Below are positions 54,423 to 63,984 of a stretch of 64,000 nt of DNA, piece after piece. The notes under the pieces are model-generated. The model saw only the letters and a program-made list of their open reading frames with translations, made no database searches and was not told the DNA's origin. The position numbers were made by a program, and so were the translations under genes. The DNA comes from Candidatus Micrarchaeota archaeon. Lineage in GTDB: Archaea > Micrarchaeota > Micrarchaeia > Norongarragalinales > Norongarragalinaceae. Where the stretch lies: assembly GCA_016188965.1 (NCBI GenBank), contig JACPGT010000013.1, forward strand, positions 66 through 64,065, written 5' to 3'. Positions within the stretch are counted from its first letter, which is position 1. Each line of letters opens with the position of its first letter.

Positions 54423-55025
54423 TCACTTGGATTGACGGCGTTTTAATAGGTTCAGGAAAGACCAGAAGCCGCGGTAGGGAAGCTGAACTTCGTAGGTGCC
54501 CCGGCCGTGAGCAAGGGTGTGCGTCTGGACCAGTTTCAAGCCATACGGCAGACGGCCTTCCAGATACGTGCGGTACTTGGCGGCAAGCTGGGTCTGAGCT
54601 TCGAATTCGATGACGCGCACGTTGCGCTGCAACGCGTGCTCCACCACGTGCCGGATAAGGCGGGCAGCCAACGGCCCGTAGCGGAAGTCGCCCGTCGTCG
54701 TGAGGGCGCCCACGTGCAGCTCTTTTGAAAACCGGCCGCGGGGCAACTCGTGAGTCACGACCATGCCGGCGAGACGGCCTCCGGACTCGGCCACCCACGC
54801 CGTTACACCCGGTTGGTCCAGATGATTCCGGTACTCCGCTTCTGATACCCATCTGCGCCGAAATTCGGGCGGAAGTCGAGCCTCGCCCGGATTCAATTGG
54901 GGCACGTTCTGGAAAGCCATGCGGGCCAATTGATCGAATTCGTGCGGAAGGGCCCGACGGACCACCCAAGCCTCGCGCGCCGAAGTCATGACGTGCAATA
55001 GGGCCAAAGTGCGATATTTAACCAT
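54423..55025 (-). CDS. GNAT-family N-acetyltransferase
   Basis: GGRLAGMVV..., RYGPLAARLIRHVVEHA (acetyl-CoA loop-like). Start ATG 55025 or 54989. Confidence 0.6.
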   Translation of the reverse strand: MVKYRTLALLHVMTSAREAWVVRRALPHEFDQLARMAFQNVPQLNPGEARLPPEFRRRWVSEAEYRNHLDQPGVTAWVAESGGRLAGMVVTHELPRGRFSKELHVGALTTTGDFRYGPLAARLIRHVVEHALQRNVRVIEFEAQTQLAAKYRTYLEGRLPYGLKLVQTHTLAHGRGTYEVQLPYRGFWSFLNLLKRRQSK

Positions 55026-55046
55026 CGGCCATGCGTTACCATTAGC

Positions 55047-55586
55047 ATGCGCATCGTCATCACCGGTACGCCCGGCACCGGAAAAACCAGCCTGTCCAAG
55101 ACGTTGGCCGAACAAATCCACTACCCCCGATTGGACGTAAAAAAACTGGTGGAACAACGCAAAATCTACCGCATCATCCGCGGCGAGGCGGAAAAAACCG
55201 TCAACATGCGCGCCCTGCAGCGTGCCGTCACGGAGTGGTTCCGCAACCACCCCAACGGCATCGCGGAAAGCCACTTGCTATGCGAATTCGACGCCGGCGC
55301 CGACATCGTCGTCGTGATGCGCTGCCAGCCCGACGTCCTCAAGAAACGCCTCGAAAAACGCCGCTACTCCAAGGACAAGATCCGCAGCAACGTCGAAAGC
55401 GAAGCGCTGGACTACTGCCTGGTGCGAGCCGAAGACAACTACCGCGACGGCCGCGTCATGCCGATTGACACCACGCGCCGAATGAGCGCCAAGACAGCGG
55501 CCGGAAAAATCCTGAACCGCCAAGGCGACAAGGTCGACTGGTCGGCGTGGCTGCGCAAGAACGCCGTCCGCCTCGCGAAGTCCTGA
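55047..55586 (+). CDS. Fap7/AK6-like adenylate kinase (small-subunit rRNA maturation NTPase)
   Basis: MRIVITGTPGTGKTS P-loop at the extreme N-terminus. Size (179 aa) and pattern are typical of archaeal Fap7. Confidence 0.75.
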   Translation: MRIVITGTPGTGKTSLSKTLAEQIHYPRLDVKKLVEQRKIYRIIRGEAEKTVNMRALQRAVTEWFRNHPNGIAESHLLCEFDAGADIVVVMRCQPDVLKKRLEKRRYSKDKIRSNVESEALDYCLVRAEDNYRDGRVMPIDTTRRMSAKTAAGKILNRQGDKVDWSAWLRKNAVRLAKS

Positions 55587-55666
55587 ACGCGCGACGCAAA
55601 AACGCCTTTATAAACCGACACTTTTAAAAAGGCAGCCCCGTAATATGCACAGCTTCTGTTCGAGGG

Positions 55667-55810
55667 ATGCGCATGGCGACTCCGGAAAAACGCAAAAAGA
55701 AGAAGAATTCCGACCAATGGGAAGACGAGGAAGAGGACGACTTCGAGGACGAAGAGGACTGGGATGACGAATCGGACTTCGAAGAAGAATCCGGTGGCAG
55801 CGAAGCATAA
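55667..55810 (+). CDS. very acidic small protein (below the track's 60-aa cut-off)
   Basis: MRMATPEKRKKKKNSDQWEDEEEDDFEDEEDWDDESDFEEESGGSEA. G/C-biased third positions. TTTATAAA box about 55 nt upstream. Confidence 0.4.
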   Translation: MRMATPEKRKKKKNSDQWEDEEEDDFEDEEDWDDESDFEEESGGSEA

Positions 55811-55879
55811 GCGGACCCAGTTTTGAACCCTTTTTTTCTAAGAACGCCGGCATCCCCCCTGCGGCTCGAATACAAAAGT

Positions 55880-56533
55880 TCATCGGGGACCGGCCGGGCC
55901 CTGACCGGCGTTTGGCGCTTCCTGTTGCTGCGACAGCCATTGCAGCGTGATCACATCGGTGGGCAGCGCGTCTTCTTTCTTGAAGCCGAATTTCTTGAAC
56001 AAATCGTCCAGCTTTTTTTCCTGCTTCTGCCGTTCGTTCTGAAAGTTCGTCGCCGGCAACGCGAATTCCATGAACTGGCCGAAACCCTCGATGTCAAAGA
56101 CGGCGACCTTGACCGGCGGCACCAGAAAGCGCCATTCCGTGACCGAGCGCTGCAGGGACTGCTTGTAACCCAACTGCTCGAGGTCTTCCATGAACGAAAA
56201 ACTGCTGGCTAAATTCAGGCCCAACGGCTCCTCTTCCTGGATCATGTAGCCGTCGAACAGCACGTGCTCGTCTTCCGTCTTCTTCTCGGTGCGGACGATG
56301 AAGTACGAAAAGACGCCCTCACCGTACTGCTTGGCGTGCACGACGTCCATGAACTCGCCGCCGGAGACGAACTTGTACTTCAACTTCTCCAACACGCCCA
56401 CGCGGGCTTCCGCATCCTCGACGGGCACGGAGAAACGCTGCTCGGGCAGTTTCCACTTCAGCTTGTGCACGGGCTTTTTCTTGGGCAGCAGAGGAATCAA
56501 GGCCTGCAGTTGTTCCAAAGTCGGCAGTTCCAT
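55880..56533 (-). CDS. CYTH-like (triphosphate tunnel metalloenzyme) domain protein
   Basis: VAVFDIEGFGQFMEFAL resembles the C-terminal CYTH strand motif (v.lD.v.glG.f.EiE). Beta-rich core. By eye only. Confidence 0.4.
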   Translation of the reverse strand: MELPTLEQLQALIPLLPKKKPVHKLKWKLPEQRFSVPVEDAEARVGVLEKLKYKFVSGGEFMDVVHAKQYGEGVFSYFIVRTEKKTEDEHVLFDGYMIQEEEPLGLNLASSFSFMEDLEQLGYKQSLQRSVTEWRFLVPPVKVAVFDIEGFGQFMEFALPATNFQNERQKQEKKLDDLFKKFGFKKEDALPTDVITLQWLSQQQEAPNAGQGPAGPR

Positions 56534-56583
56534 AATGGCTCATGCTGAAAACGCAAGGACCCTACAAAAAGCTTGGCTTTACC

Positions 56584-56727
56584 TCACCGACGCAAGCCCT
56601 TTGCACAAGCACGGTTTGTGAGCGGCTCGCCGGCCAAGTAGGCCAAATGGTGCGACCACGGCGTCAAAAAAAGGTGGACGGGAAACAGCGCGGCGTGGCC
56701 TTCCTCGTAAATCCTGAACAGTGCCAT
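56584..56727 (-). CDS. possible small ORF (47 aa)
   Basis: MALFRIYEEGHAALFPVHLFLTPWSHHLAYLAGEPLTNRACAKGLRR. G/C-biased third positions in an otherwise unassigned 276-nt gap. Confidence 0.25.
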   Translation of the reverse strand: MALFRIYEEGHAALFPVHLFLTPWSHHLAYLAGEPLTNRACAKGLRR

Positions 56728-56809
56728 CCAAAGGCAATGACAAGCCTGCGCATCAAGTTTTACCCGGACATGTACGGCACATTTGAAAAAAAAAGTGAAA
56801 AAAAAATAA

Positions 56810-57172
56810 TCAATCGATTTGCAGGAATTCTACGTGCGGAAGCCCCTTGAAGTGTCCATCCCCGGTAAGCAATGTCCCGCCCAAATGCAGGGCAGTGGCG
56901 TACACCAAAGCGTCGGCAAAATGGACTTCGGAAACGTCCCCGGCGCGCAGCGCGATGGCTTCCGTCAGTGGAATCACTTGACTTAAAAGAGAAATGGCCT
57001 TCATTTCCTTTTGCCACGGGCGGCCTTCTCGAATCCGTTTGCGTTTGATTTCCGTCAAACAGGTAGCAGGAGTGGCCACCGGTTTCTTGGACAAGAGCCA
57101 TTGCTGGACGTGTTGCCCGGCGGCCGACCCATTGAAATACTCAATCCATGCAAAAGAATCCAAAACGATCAA
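56810..57172 (-). CDS. vapC: PIN-domain toxin VapC
   Basis: MIVLDSFAWIEY (Asp4), TEIKR, DALVYATA and LLTGDGHF acidic-residue pattern. 120 aa. Confidence 0.85.
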   Translation of the reverse strand: MIVLDSFAWIEYFNGSAAGQHVQQWLLSKKPVATPATCLTEIKRKRIREGRPWQKEMKAISLLSQVIPLTEAIALRAGDVSEVHFADALVYATALHLGGTLLTGDGHFKGLPHVEFLQID

Positions 57173-57390
57173 TGGGGTTCACCCTCTTCACGCAAGTCGG
57201 ATAAGTCCATGGGCTTTTCGTTTTTCCAAGCGCCGAACATGGATTCGGGAATTTTTTCGTCTTGTTGCATGGATTGCCTCAACAGAACGTTCAAGAGCTT
57301 GGAAAGACTTTTGGCCGTGCCGTATCGTCGGACGGCTTGTTGGACCAATTTTTCATACACCTCATCCTCTAAAATGACAGTCGTACGCAT
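57169..57390 (-). CDS. vapB: VapB-type antitoxin
   Basis: MRTTVILEDEVYEKL N-terminus. 4-nt overlap with vapC. Confidence 0.75.
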   Translation of the reverse strand: MRTTVILEDEVYEKLVQQAVRRYGTAKSLSKLLNVLLRQSMQQDEKIPESMFGAWKNEKPMDLSDLREEGEPH

Positions 57391-57437
57391 AGCATACACC
57401 CATATTTTTAGTATGTTTGTATGCTTTTAAGCATTTC

Positions 57438-60400
57438 TTATCCGATTTCCTCCAACTCCGGCTCATCGGACTTGCGCAGCTTGAACCAGTAAGCCAAGCC
57501 GCCCAACACCAACAAACCACCCAGGCCTGCGCCGACTTCCAGAAGCGAGTGCGAACCCAGTAGACCGGAAGCCGGGGAAACGGATGCCAAAGGCGCGCGC
57601 TGCAGTTGCAAAGCCAATTGTTCGGACGCGTAAAGGGCCGCGGCAAAACGACTTTGCGATTGTGCCTCGCGGATGGCATCCAGAAGCGGCGAGGCAGATG
57701 ATGACGCGCCGAATTGCTGTACGGCTTTTTCCGACGCATCCAACGCGGCCTTGCCGTCGGCCTCCAGCCGGTCCAAAAGCGATTCCAGCGCGGCTTCCTC
57801 CTGCACCGCCGCCGAGAAATCCGACTCCACGGACGCCAACGAAACCGGTTTTCCGTCTTCCGCCTTGCCGGCCGCGGATTGCAACTGCTTGACCGCGGCT
57901 TGAAGCGCATCGGCATGGGCCTTAGATTCGGAGTACAACAGCTGCCGGCTGCGCCAGCGCAACGCCGGCTCCGACACCGACCAAGCGGATTCAAAACGCG
58001 CCAAAGCGGGCCAGGACGCGGAACGAATGCGGGCCACCAAGTCCGTCATGGACCGGTTCGCCTCCGACTGCTCGGACTGCCACTGCTGCAAGCGCAGCTG
58101 GGCCGTGGCCAACTGCCCGCGGGCGCCGGAGAGGTCCGAGAGGAACAACGCGGCCTTGGCGTCGTGCAATGCGGACTCCACCTCTTGCGGACATCGGCTG
58201 CAGACCGCCTTGATTTTTTCCCCCAACGCGTTTTTCTGGGACCGGACGTACGCATCCAATTCCTTGACGGCTGCCGAGAGCACGGCGGAATCGGAGCGCC
58301 GCCATGCCGCGTCGGCCCGCTCAAGCAAGGGCCGGATGTCTTCATCGTCCGCCAAGGCGCGGTACTTCTCTAAGGGGTCGGACGCCGCGGGAGCATTCTG
58401 CAGCTGAAACAGAAGCCACGTGGCGTCAGAAAAGCGGCCTTCCGTCAAGGCACGCCGGACTTCCGGCAGGACGCCGGCCGAATCCGGCGCCAACGCAGGT
58501 AGGCGTTCCAGCCAGGCCGTCTGGTTGGCCAGCGTCTCGGGAACGCATGGTAGCTGAACAAGAAAGTCCCGCACTTCATATGCGTTCAGCGAGACGTTGG
58601 CCGAAAAGCGGTACAAACCGTCAGACAGTTTTGCTACTGAAAAATCCGGCGATTCGGGCGTGCAAGCCACCGGCTCATCCAACCGCCATTGGAACGCCAG
58701 GTCGAACGGAACCGTGCTCTGCAGGGAATACGACCACCCGGCTGCAACGGCCGTCTTGTCAAACCGCACCGGCTGCGGCACGTCGAATTCGAAATGAAAG
58801 ACGTTGACGCCTTTTTTCAGCGGCGAGAGCACCGCCTTGATCGAACCGTCGTCGAAGGCCGCCTCTCCGGACGAAATTCCGAGACGTTCCACCGGATAGT
58901 CCACGGCCCGCATCCAGAGCGCCGAACCGTCCACCTCGCTATCCAACGTCAGGACCCAAGCACGCCGCACGACGGAAGGCGACGCGTATCGGTTTTCTTC
59001 CTTGAGCGAACGCGTGCGGACTAACACGTCGTCGGCAACTCCTTCCGCGGCCAAGAGACCGCCGGCCGGCACGTATTCCAGCAGGAGGCCGTCCGGAAGC
59101 AGACGCACGCCGGTAGCAGAAGTAAGCCGGGCGGACGCCGGGATGAACAGCGGGCGTTTGAGCAAAAGGGGCCCGTCCAGTCCGAATTCCAAGTCGTTCT
59201 GGATGGAAAGCAAGAACGACCGGTTGGCAGGCGAATCGGCCACCACCGGCCCGCCGAACCAACGCAGCTCCAGCCGTCGCTCCAAGTACTCTTTCAACCA
59301 AGCGGCCTTGTGCGCATCCACGTCATGGCGGGCCGCTTCCAGCTTTTTTTCCAAAGCGGCCAGATGGCCCAGCTGGGCATCCAGCTGCAGCCGCCCGGAG
59401 ACGTCGAACGAATCAGCCGGCAAGGATACGAATGGGCTGAACGGCAGCAATTCCAGCCACAACGGTTCCAGACGCCCGAAACGCGCCGCAGCCTTGTCCA
59501 GGACGGATTGCCGCATGGATTCCAACGCCTCGAAAACAGAAGAGCCGGCTTCCGGGCCCAACGCGGCCCACTGCGCCAGTTGGCTCCGCTCGGCCGATAC
59601 GTCAAGGCCGTCCGAAGCGGCCGAGTCCAGCCAGGACTTCAACCTATCCGATTCCGACCGGCTCGATACCTCGGCGGGTCGACGCGCAGTTTCCTGCGCA
59701 GCGTTGAGGGCAGTCACGGCGTCTGCCAGTTGCAGGATGCGCTCGCCACGCGAGGCGGGCAGCGGCCGATCCGCCAGCTCCAACGCGGATTGACGGGCTA
59801 AAGCCGTGCGTACCACGTCCGCAGCGCCATCGGCATGCTCCTGCTGGACCGCGCGGCGCAGCGCATCCACTTGCCGCAACAGGTCGGACTCCAACCGACC
59901 CGTCTGCCGGTCGACGTCTCCCCAAGCGGTTGCCGCGGCTTCCGCCTGCTCACGGGCCTGATGGGCGTACGACAGGGCGCGTTCAGCAAAGCCTAACTGC
60001 CCCGCATTCCAGTGGTCCTCCGCCTTGCGGCGGTTTTCCTGCGCATCGGTCCAGGACTGACGGGCCTGCTGCAGCGTTTCGGGAAACGACTGCACCCACC
60101 CCGTCCGCGTATAGGACGACGGCCCCTGCAGGGAAAAAGCGTATTGTGGCACCAGCGAAATCTTCTGCTCGGCCAGGCGGGACTCGAGGCGCTGACCGTC
60201 CTGTAGCCGCTGGTCCACTTCGTCAGCCAGCCGCGAGAAGTCCGAATCCAGCTGCGAAAGCACCCGCGCAACGTCCCGGCACACGGACACCTGGCGTTCA
60301 AGCACTCCTTGCGGCCCCACCAATGCATCCATTCCAGCAACCATGCCTTCGTCGGAACGGGGTGCCGATTCGGCAAAACGCAGGGCATCGGCTACGCGGC

Positions 60401-60905
60401 CACCCAATCCCGGCCCGCTGGAGCGGTTCTCGATGGATTGCCGCTCCGCTTCCAATTCAGAATAAAGCCCTTTGGCCGGGCCATCCAGCCGTACGCCGGC
60501 GTGTTCCAAGTCCGCGATGCAGACATCCACGGCGGGCCAGTTCGAATCGACGGCGGAAACCGCCTGACGCAGCGCCTCGGCGGCCACGCGATGGCACGCC
60601 ACGGAGAGAAATCCATTCAACGCGGCGTTGGCGCCGCCCCAGAACAACGGCGAGTCCTGCCACTGCGCCATCTTTCTTGCCTGCGCCATACCCTTCACGG
60701 CATCCTGGCCCAGCCGGACGCCTTGCTCGAATCCGGCATCCTGGGCCAGTTTCCCGCCGAGCGCGACGGGCCGCAAGAAGGCCGTACACGGCTGGAGCGT
60801 CAAAGGAGGCTCGATCGGAGGAAAAAGGAACGCGTAGGCGGAGAACGACAAAGCCGAGGCCGACACGGAAAAGACGATGAGAAGGCAGATGATGGAAACG
60901 CGCAT
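57438..60905 (-). CDS. giant (1155 aa) secreted, C-terminally membrane-anchored, largely alpha-helical surface protein
   Basis: Start set at MRVSIICLLIVFSVSASALSFSAYA (signal peptide, ATG 60905). Long A/L/Q/R/E-rich helical stretches, a central beta-rich region of about 270 aa, and a C-terminal GAGLGGLLVLGGLAYWF helix + KLRK. Confidence 0.7.
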   Translation of the reverse strand: MRVSIICLLIVFSVSASALSFSAYAFLFPPIEPPLTLQPCTAFLRPVALGGKLAQDAGFEQGVRLGQDAVKGMAQARKMAQWQDSPLFWGGANAALNGFLSVACHRVAAEALRQAVSAVDSNWPAVDVCIADLEHAGVRLDGPAKGLYSELEAERQSIENRSSGPGLGGRVADALRFAESAPRSDEGMVAGMDALVGPQGVLERQVSVCRDVARVLSQLDSDFSRLADEVDQRLQDGQRLESRLAEQKISLVPQYAFSLQGPSSYTRTGWVQSFPETLQQARQSWTDAQENRRKAEDHWNAGQLGFAERALSYAHQAREQAEAAATAWGDVDRQTGRLESDLLRQVDALRRAVQQEHADGAADVVRTALARQSALELADRPLPASRGERILQLADAVTALNAAQETARRPAEVSSRSESDRLKSWLDSAASDGLDVSAERSQLAQWAALGPEAGSSVFEALESMRQSVLDKAAARFGRLEPLWLELLPFSPFVSLPADSFDVSGRLQLDAQLGHLAALEKKLEAARHDVDAHKAAWLKEYLERRLELRWFGGPVVADSPANRSFLLSIQNDLEFGLDGPLLLKRPLFIPASARLTSATGVRLLPDGLLLEYVPAGGLLAAEGVADDVLVRTRSLKEENRYASPSVVRRAWVLTLDSEVDGSALWMRAVDYPVERLGISSGEAAFDDGSIKAVLSPLKKGVNVFHFEFDVPQPVRFDKTAVAAGWSYSLQSTVPFDLAFQWRLDEPVACTPESPDFSVAKLSDGLYRFSANVSLNAYEVRDFLVQLPCVPETLANQTAWLERLPALAPDSAGVLPEVRRALTEGRFSDATWLLFQLQNAPAASDPLEKYRALADDEDIRPLLERADAAWRRSDSAVLSAAVKELDAYVRSQKNALGEKIKAVCSRCPQEVESALHDAKAALFLSDLSGARGQLATAQLRLQQWQSEQSEANRSMTDLVARIRSASWPALARFESAWSVSEPALRWRSRQLLYSESKAHADALQAAVKQLQSAAGKAEDGKPVSLASVESDFSAAVQEEAALESLLDRLEADGKAALDASEKAVQQFGASSSASPLLDAIREAQSQSRFAAALYASEQLALQLQRAPLASVSPASGLLGSHSLLEVGAGLGGLLVLGGLAYWFKLRKSDEPELEEIG

Positions 60906-61092
60906 GCCCTGCTTGCGGCCGAAGCATAGGCTTAAACATTGGGTAGAGTTTTTATCAACCCAACGCAGAAAAGGACGCAAACGGACGGACGTCTCCATCG
61001 GACGAAAAACGACGGGAGGCGGGAGCACCGTGATGCGGATGCTAAAAACATTAATAGGTGCCCGGGCCCATGACAAAGCCAGGGAACAGCGC

Positions 61093-61725
61093 ATGCGATT
61101 TTTCAAGCACGGCTCCGTTTTGGCCATCAGCCTACCGGAAAGCCTCCGGCAGAAACTCGGCATCACCGAAAACGACGAATACGACTTCGTCGAAACCCAG
61201 CCGGGTATTCTGACTCTGGTCCGCAAAGGCTCGTCCGTTTCCGCGGAAAAAGTCCGCCAAGCCGTTGCAACTCCCGCAACCGGCACGGCGAGCAAACCGG
61301 TATCCACGCCACACCCACCATTTACGCCGATGCCGTCCGTCACTTCGTCCCAAACCGCATCCAAACCGGCGGGTCCGTCATCCGTCTACGGCTCGACTGG
61401 AACCGCGTTGGACCGCCAAGGCTTCCTCGTGCTTTCCAGCGAAGACGAGGCGAAAGGCTTCTCGTTCCGATTCGAGGGCCTCATCAAATCCGGCGAAATC
61501 AAAGGCATCCGGGGATTTGACAAGAAATTCTACCTTGCCGCACGCGGGTATTCCGAAACCTACGCCGATCGCATTTTAGTCGGCCTCAAGGAACCCAAGA
61601 CGGCATCCGACCTATCCGCCCTGGTCAAGCAGCCCCTCGAAGGCGTGCTCACGTTGTTGTACCTGTTGAAAGAAGAAGGCGAAGTCATCGAGAAAAAACG
61701 CGGGCTGTTCGTCCGCGTCCTGTAG
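61093..61725 (+). CDS. AbrB/SpoVT-like N-terminal domain + C-terminal winged-helix protein
   Basis: MRFFKHGSVLAISLPESLRQKLGITENDEYDFVE..GILTLVRK (swapped-hairpin pattern). C-terminal LTLLYLLKEEGEVIEKKRGLF. Divergent from the giant protein gene. Confidence 0.55.
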   Translation: MRFFKHGSVLAISLPESLRQKLGITENDEYDFVETQPGILTLVRKGSSVSAEKVRQAVATPATGTASKPVSTPHPPFTPMPSVTSSQTASKPAGPSSVYGSTGTALDRQGFLVLSSEDEAKGFSFRFEGLIKSGEIKGIRGFDKKFYLAARGYSETYADRILVGLKEPKTASDLSALVKQPLEGVLTLLYLLKEEGEVIEKKRGLFVRVL

Positions 61726-61782
61726 GTCCCGGTACCGGAAAACGGACGCACGGGGGAATAAACGCCGTCGGTGCGAAACAGT

Positions 61783-61944
61783 CTAAAGCGCGTGAAAGAC
61801 CAGTTCCGCGACGATGACCAAAGCGCAGAGGGCCATGACGATCTTGGGGTCGATCTGGATGGCGCTGGACGTCACGTCGGAATAGCGCATCAGGCCCGTC
61901 TGGGACTGCGGCGTGCTGATGCGGTTGTCATGCGACATAGCCAT
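61783..61944 (-). CDS. secG: preprotein translocase subunit Sec61-beta (SecG, archaeal)
   Basis: 53-aa ORF below the track cut-off. TGLMRYSD....IQIDPKIVMALCALVIVAELVF matches the Sec61-beta GL.RY motif plus C-terminal TM. Confidence 0.75.
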   Translation of the reverse strand: MAMSHDNRISTPQSQTGLMRYSDVTSSAIQIDPKIVMALCALVIVAELVFHAL

Positions 61945-61977
61945 CTTTTAATAGAGTGTCCCTTTTAACGTTTAGCT

Positions 61978-63024
61978 ATGGCCTCCAACATCGGAAAAGA
62001 CCTTACCCACCTCGTCGTGCTGGCCGTCCTAGTCGTCGTCCTCCTCGTCGTGCTGACCAAGTTCCAATGGGTGCACTGCTCCGTCATCCCCGGATGGTGC
62101 AACGTCTACTGCAACGTCATCACCCGCAGCCACGCGCAAGTCGGCCTCATCTACGGCCCGCCCGGCGACGGCATGGGCAACCCCGTGGCCGACGACTTGG
62201 AAGCGCGCGGAAGCTTCGAGAACGAAATAAGGGCCTTGCGTCCGGACATCGCGCTTTTGCCCATTTCCAAGGACGACTTGAGCGCCGGCCTGCTCAAGCG
62301 CTACGATGTCATCATCCTCGAGCGCGCCCGTTCGTTGTCGTCCCGCCAAATCAAGGTGTTGATCGATTTCGTCGAAAAAGGCGGCACCTTGGTGTTCGTC
62401 GGGGATTCGGCCACTTCCCAATACGTCGACCCGTACGACCTGCTTTTGGCACAGCAGGAAAACCAGACGTACTACGAACGGCTCCAACGAGAACTGAACG
62501 CCCGGAACCTGACGTGGGACAGCAACTACGCCAACCGCAGCATCGAGGAATACAAGAAGACCGACACGTACGACACCATCCAGAACTACAGCAAAGTCAA
62601 AAGAGGCTTCCGCAAGCTGGTCGCCGTTACGGCCGCCGAGTACAACCGCACTATCACCCGCGGATACTTCGTCAACCTCTCCATCGCGCTTCCGGACCAC
62701 CTCGTCGCCAAAGGCTTGCTGAAGAAGCTGACGGACACGCAGATCCGCGAATACGCCATCGTCTCGGTCGACCCGGCGTCCACTGACATCATCGCGTACA
62801 TTGAAGACGGCAAAAACCGCTACCCCGGCATCATCGAAACGCGCTACGCCGGAAAAGTTATTTATTTTGCCTACCCGCCGGAACGCACCAATTCGGCCAC
62901 CCTGCTTGCCAACACCTGGGACTACATCGCCCAATGTTCGCAAGACGCGTTCCCGCCTAGCCGCAACGAACCGCTGGAAGTCGCGCCCGCCGAAGACATC
63001 CCCGTCACGGCAAGCGCGGGTTGA
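61978..63024 (+). CDS. N-terminally anchored extracytoplasmic protein with GATase1-like (ThuA/DUF4159-like) domain
   Basis: TM helix, then YDVIILERARSLSSRQIKVLIDFVEKGGTLVFVGD. Paralogous pattern to 63121..63984. Confidence 0.5.
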   Translation: MASNIGKDLTHLVVLAVLVVVLLVVLTKFQWVHCSVIPGWCNVYCNVITRSHAQVGLIYGPPGDGMGNPVADDLEARGSFENEIRALRPDIALLPISKDDLSAGLLKRYDVIILERARSLSSRQIKVLIDFVEKGGTLVFVGDSATSQYVDPYDLLLAQQENQTYYERLQRELNARNLTWDSNYANRSIEEYKKTDTYDTIQNYSKVKRGFRKLVAVTAAEYNRTITRGYFVNLSIALPDHLVAKGLLKKLTDTQIREYAIVSVDPASTDIIAYIEDGKNRYPGIIETRYAGKVIYFAYPPERTNSATLLANTWDYIAQCSQDAFPPSRNEPLEVAPAEDIPVTASAG

Positions 63025-63120
63025 AAAACGGCGGAAAAAGGGGGCGGAAGCCGGGTCCGGCAATGACAACGCTTTAAAAGGCATTCAGATTTATAAAGTC
63101 ACGAAGCCAGGACAAAGGAT

Positions 63121-63984
63121 ATGTTTAAACTTACAAGTGGTGGTTTTGGAATGAAGCGTGGACAATACGCAGCGCCGGGAAAAGCGTATGAAAGCCTCAT
63201 CCCGCTCATCCTCATCGTCATCCTGGGTGTCTTCATCGCCGGAAAATTCGGCTTTTTGAACCTCAACTCGGTGCCCGTCGTAGGCAACCTGTTCCCCGCG
63301 CCGCAAATCAAGATCGCCGTCGTGGGCCATTCCTCGGACCAACTCAAGCAGATGATGCAGTCGGAAGACTTCCGCATCGCCGGCGTCCAATACGCCGCCG
63401 ACCTGCGGCAGGACTTCATCGTACCCGGCGTGCTGGACGGATTCGACATCGTCATCTTGCAAGGCTCGCCGGTGTGCGACCGCACCGCCCGCAAGGTCAT
63501 CGCCGACCGCGTCAAGGCCGGTGGGAAGCTCATCGTCGTTGGAGACGCATGCATCCGCGTCAATGACGACCCCAACGCCATCGGATGGGACATCGGCATC
63601 GGATCCTTGGGCGACGTCGTGCCCGTGACGTACCGCGGCGTGCTGTTCCACGAAGTCGTCAACGCCCGCGGTTCGGTTGAAGTCTCCGGCGGCAAGTTCC
63701 GCGTCGTCTCGGTCGACCACCCCATGTTCAACGGCATCAAGAACTTCGCATTCTCCGGAACGGTGACGGAAGTGTTGCCGAACGCCAACGCCAAGGTGCT
63801 GGCGTACATCGACAGCATCGGCGGCCGCCCGACTTCGCCTGCGACGTTCGGCATCATCGAAAGCCAAGGCCTCCTGGCCGGAAAGACGTTGTACTTCGGC
63901 TTCGACCCCGGCACGACGCAGACCGGAGGCTCGCGCAACATGGTGCTGAACACGTTCCTATACCTCAAAGGCGCGAAGGGCTAA
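63121..63984 (+). CDS. N-terminally anchored extracytoplasmic protein with GATase1-like domain, paralog of 61978..63024
   Basis: TM helix, then FDIVILQGSPVCDRTARKVIADRVKAGGKLIVVGD. Confidence 0.5.
   Translation: MFKLTSGGFGMKRGQYAAPGKAYESLIPLILIVILGVFIAGKFGFLNLNSVPVVGNLFPAPQIKIAVVGHSSDQLKQMMQSEDFRIAGVQYAADLRQDFIVPGVLDGFDIVILQGSPVCDRTARKVIADRVKAGGKLIVVGDACIRVNDDPNAIGWDIGIGSLGDVVPVTYRGVLFHEVVNARGSVEVSGGKFRVVSVDHPMFNGIKNFAFSGTVTEVLPNANAKVLAYIDSIGGRPTSPATFGIIESQGLLAGKTLYFGFDPGTTQTGGSRNMVLNTFLYLKGAKG

Noticed and set aside
56542-56850. 102-aa plus-strand ORF between the CYTH-like gene and vapC
   Set aside because: It shows no codon bias or motif, ends inside vapC on the opposite strand, and the minus-strand 47-aa ORF in the same gap has better third-position G/C bias. 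Neither is strongly supported.
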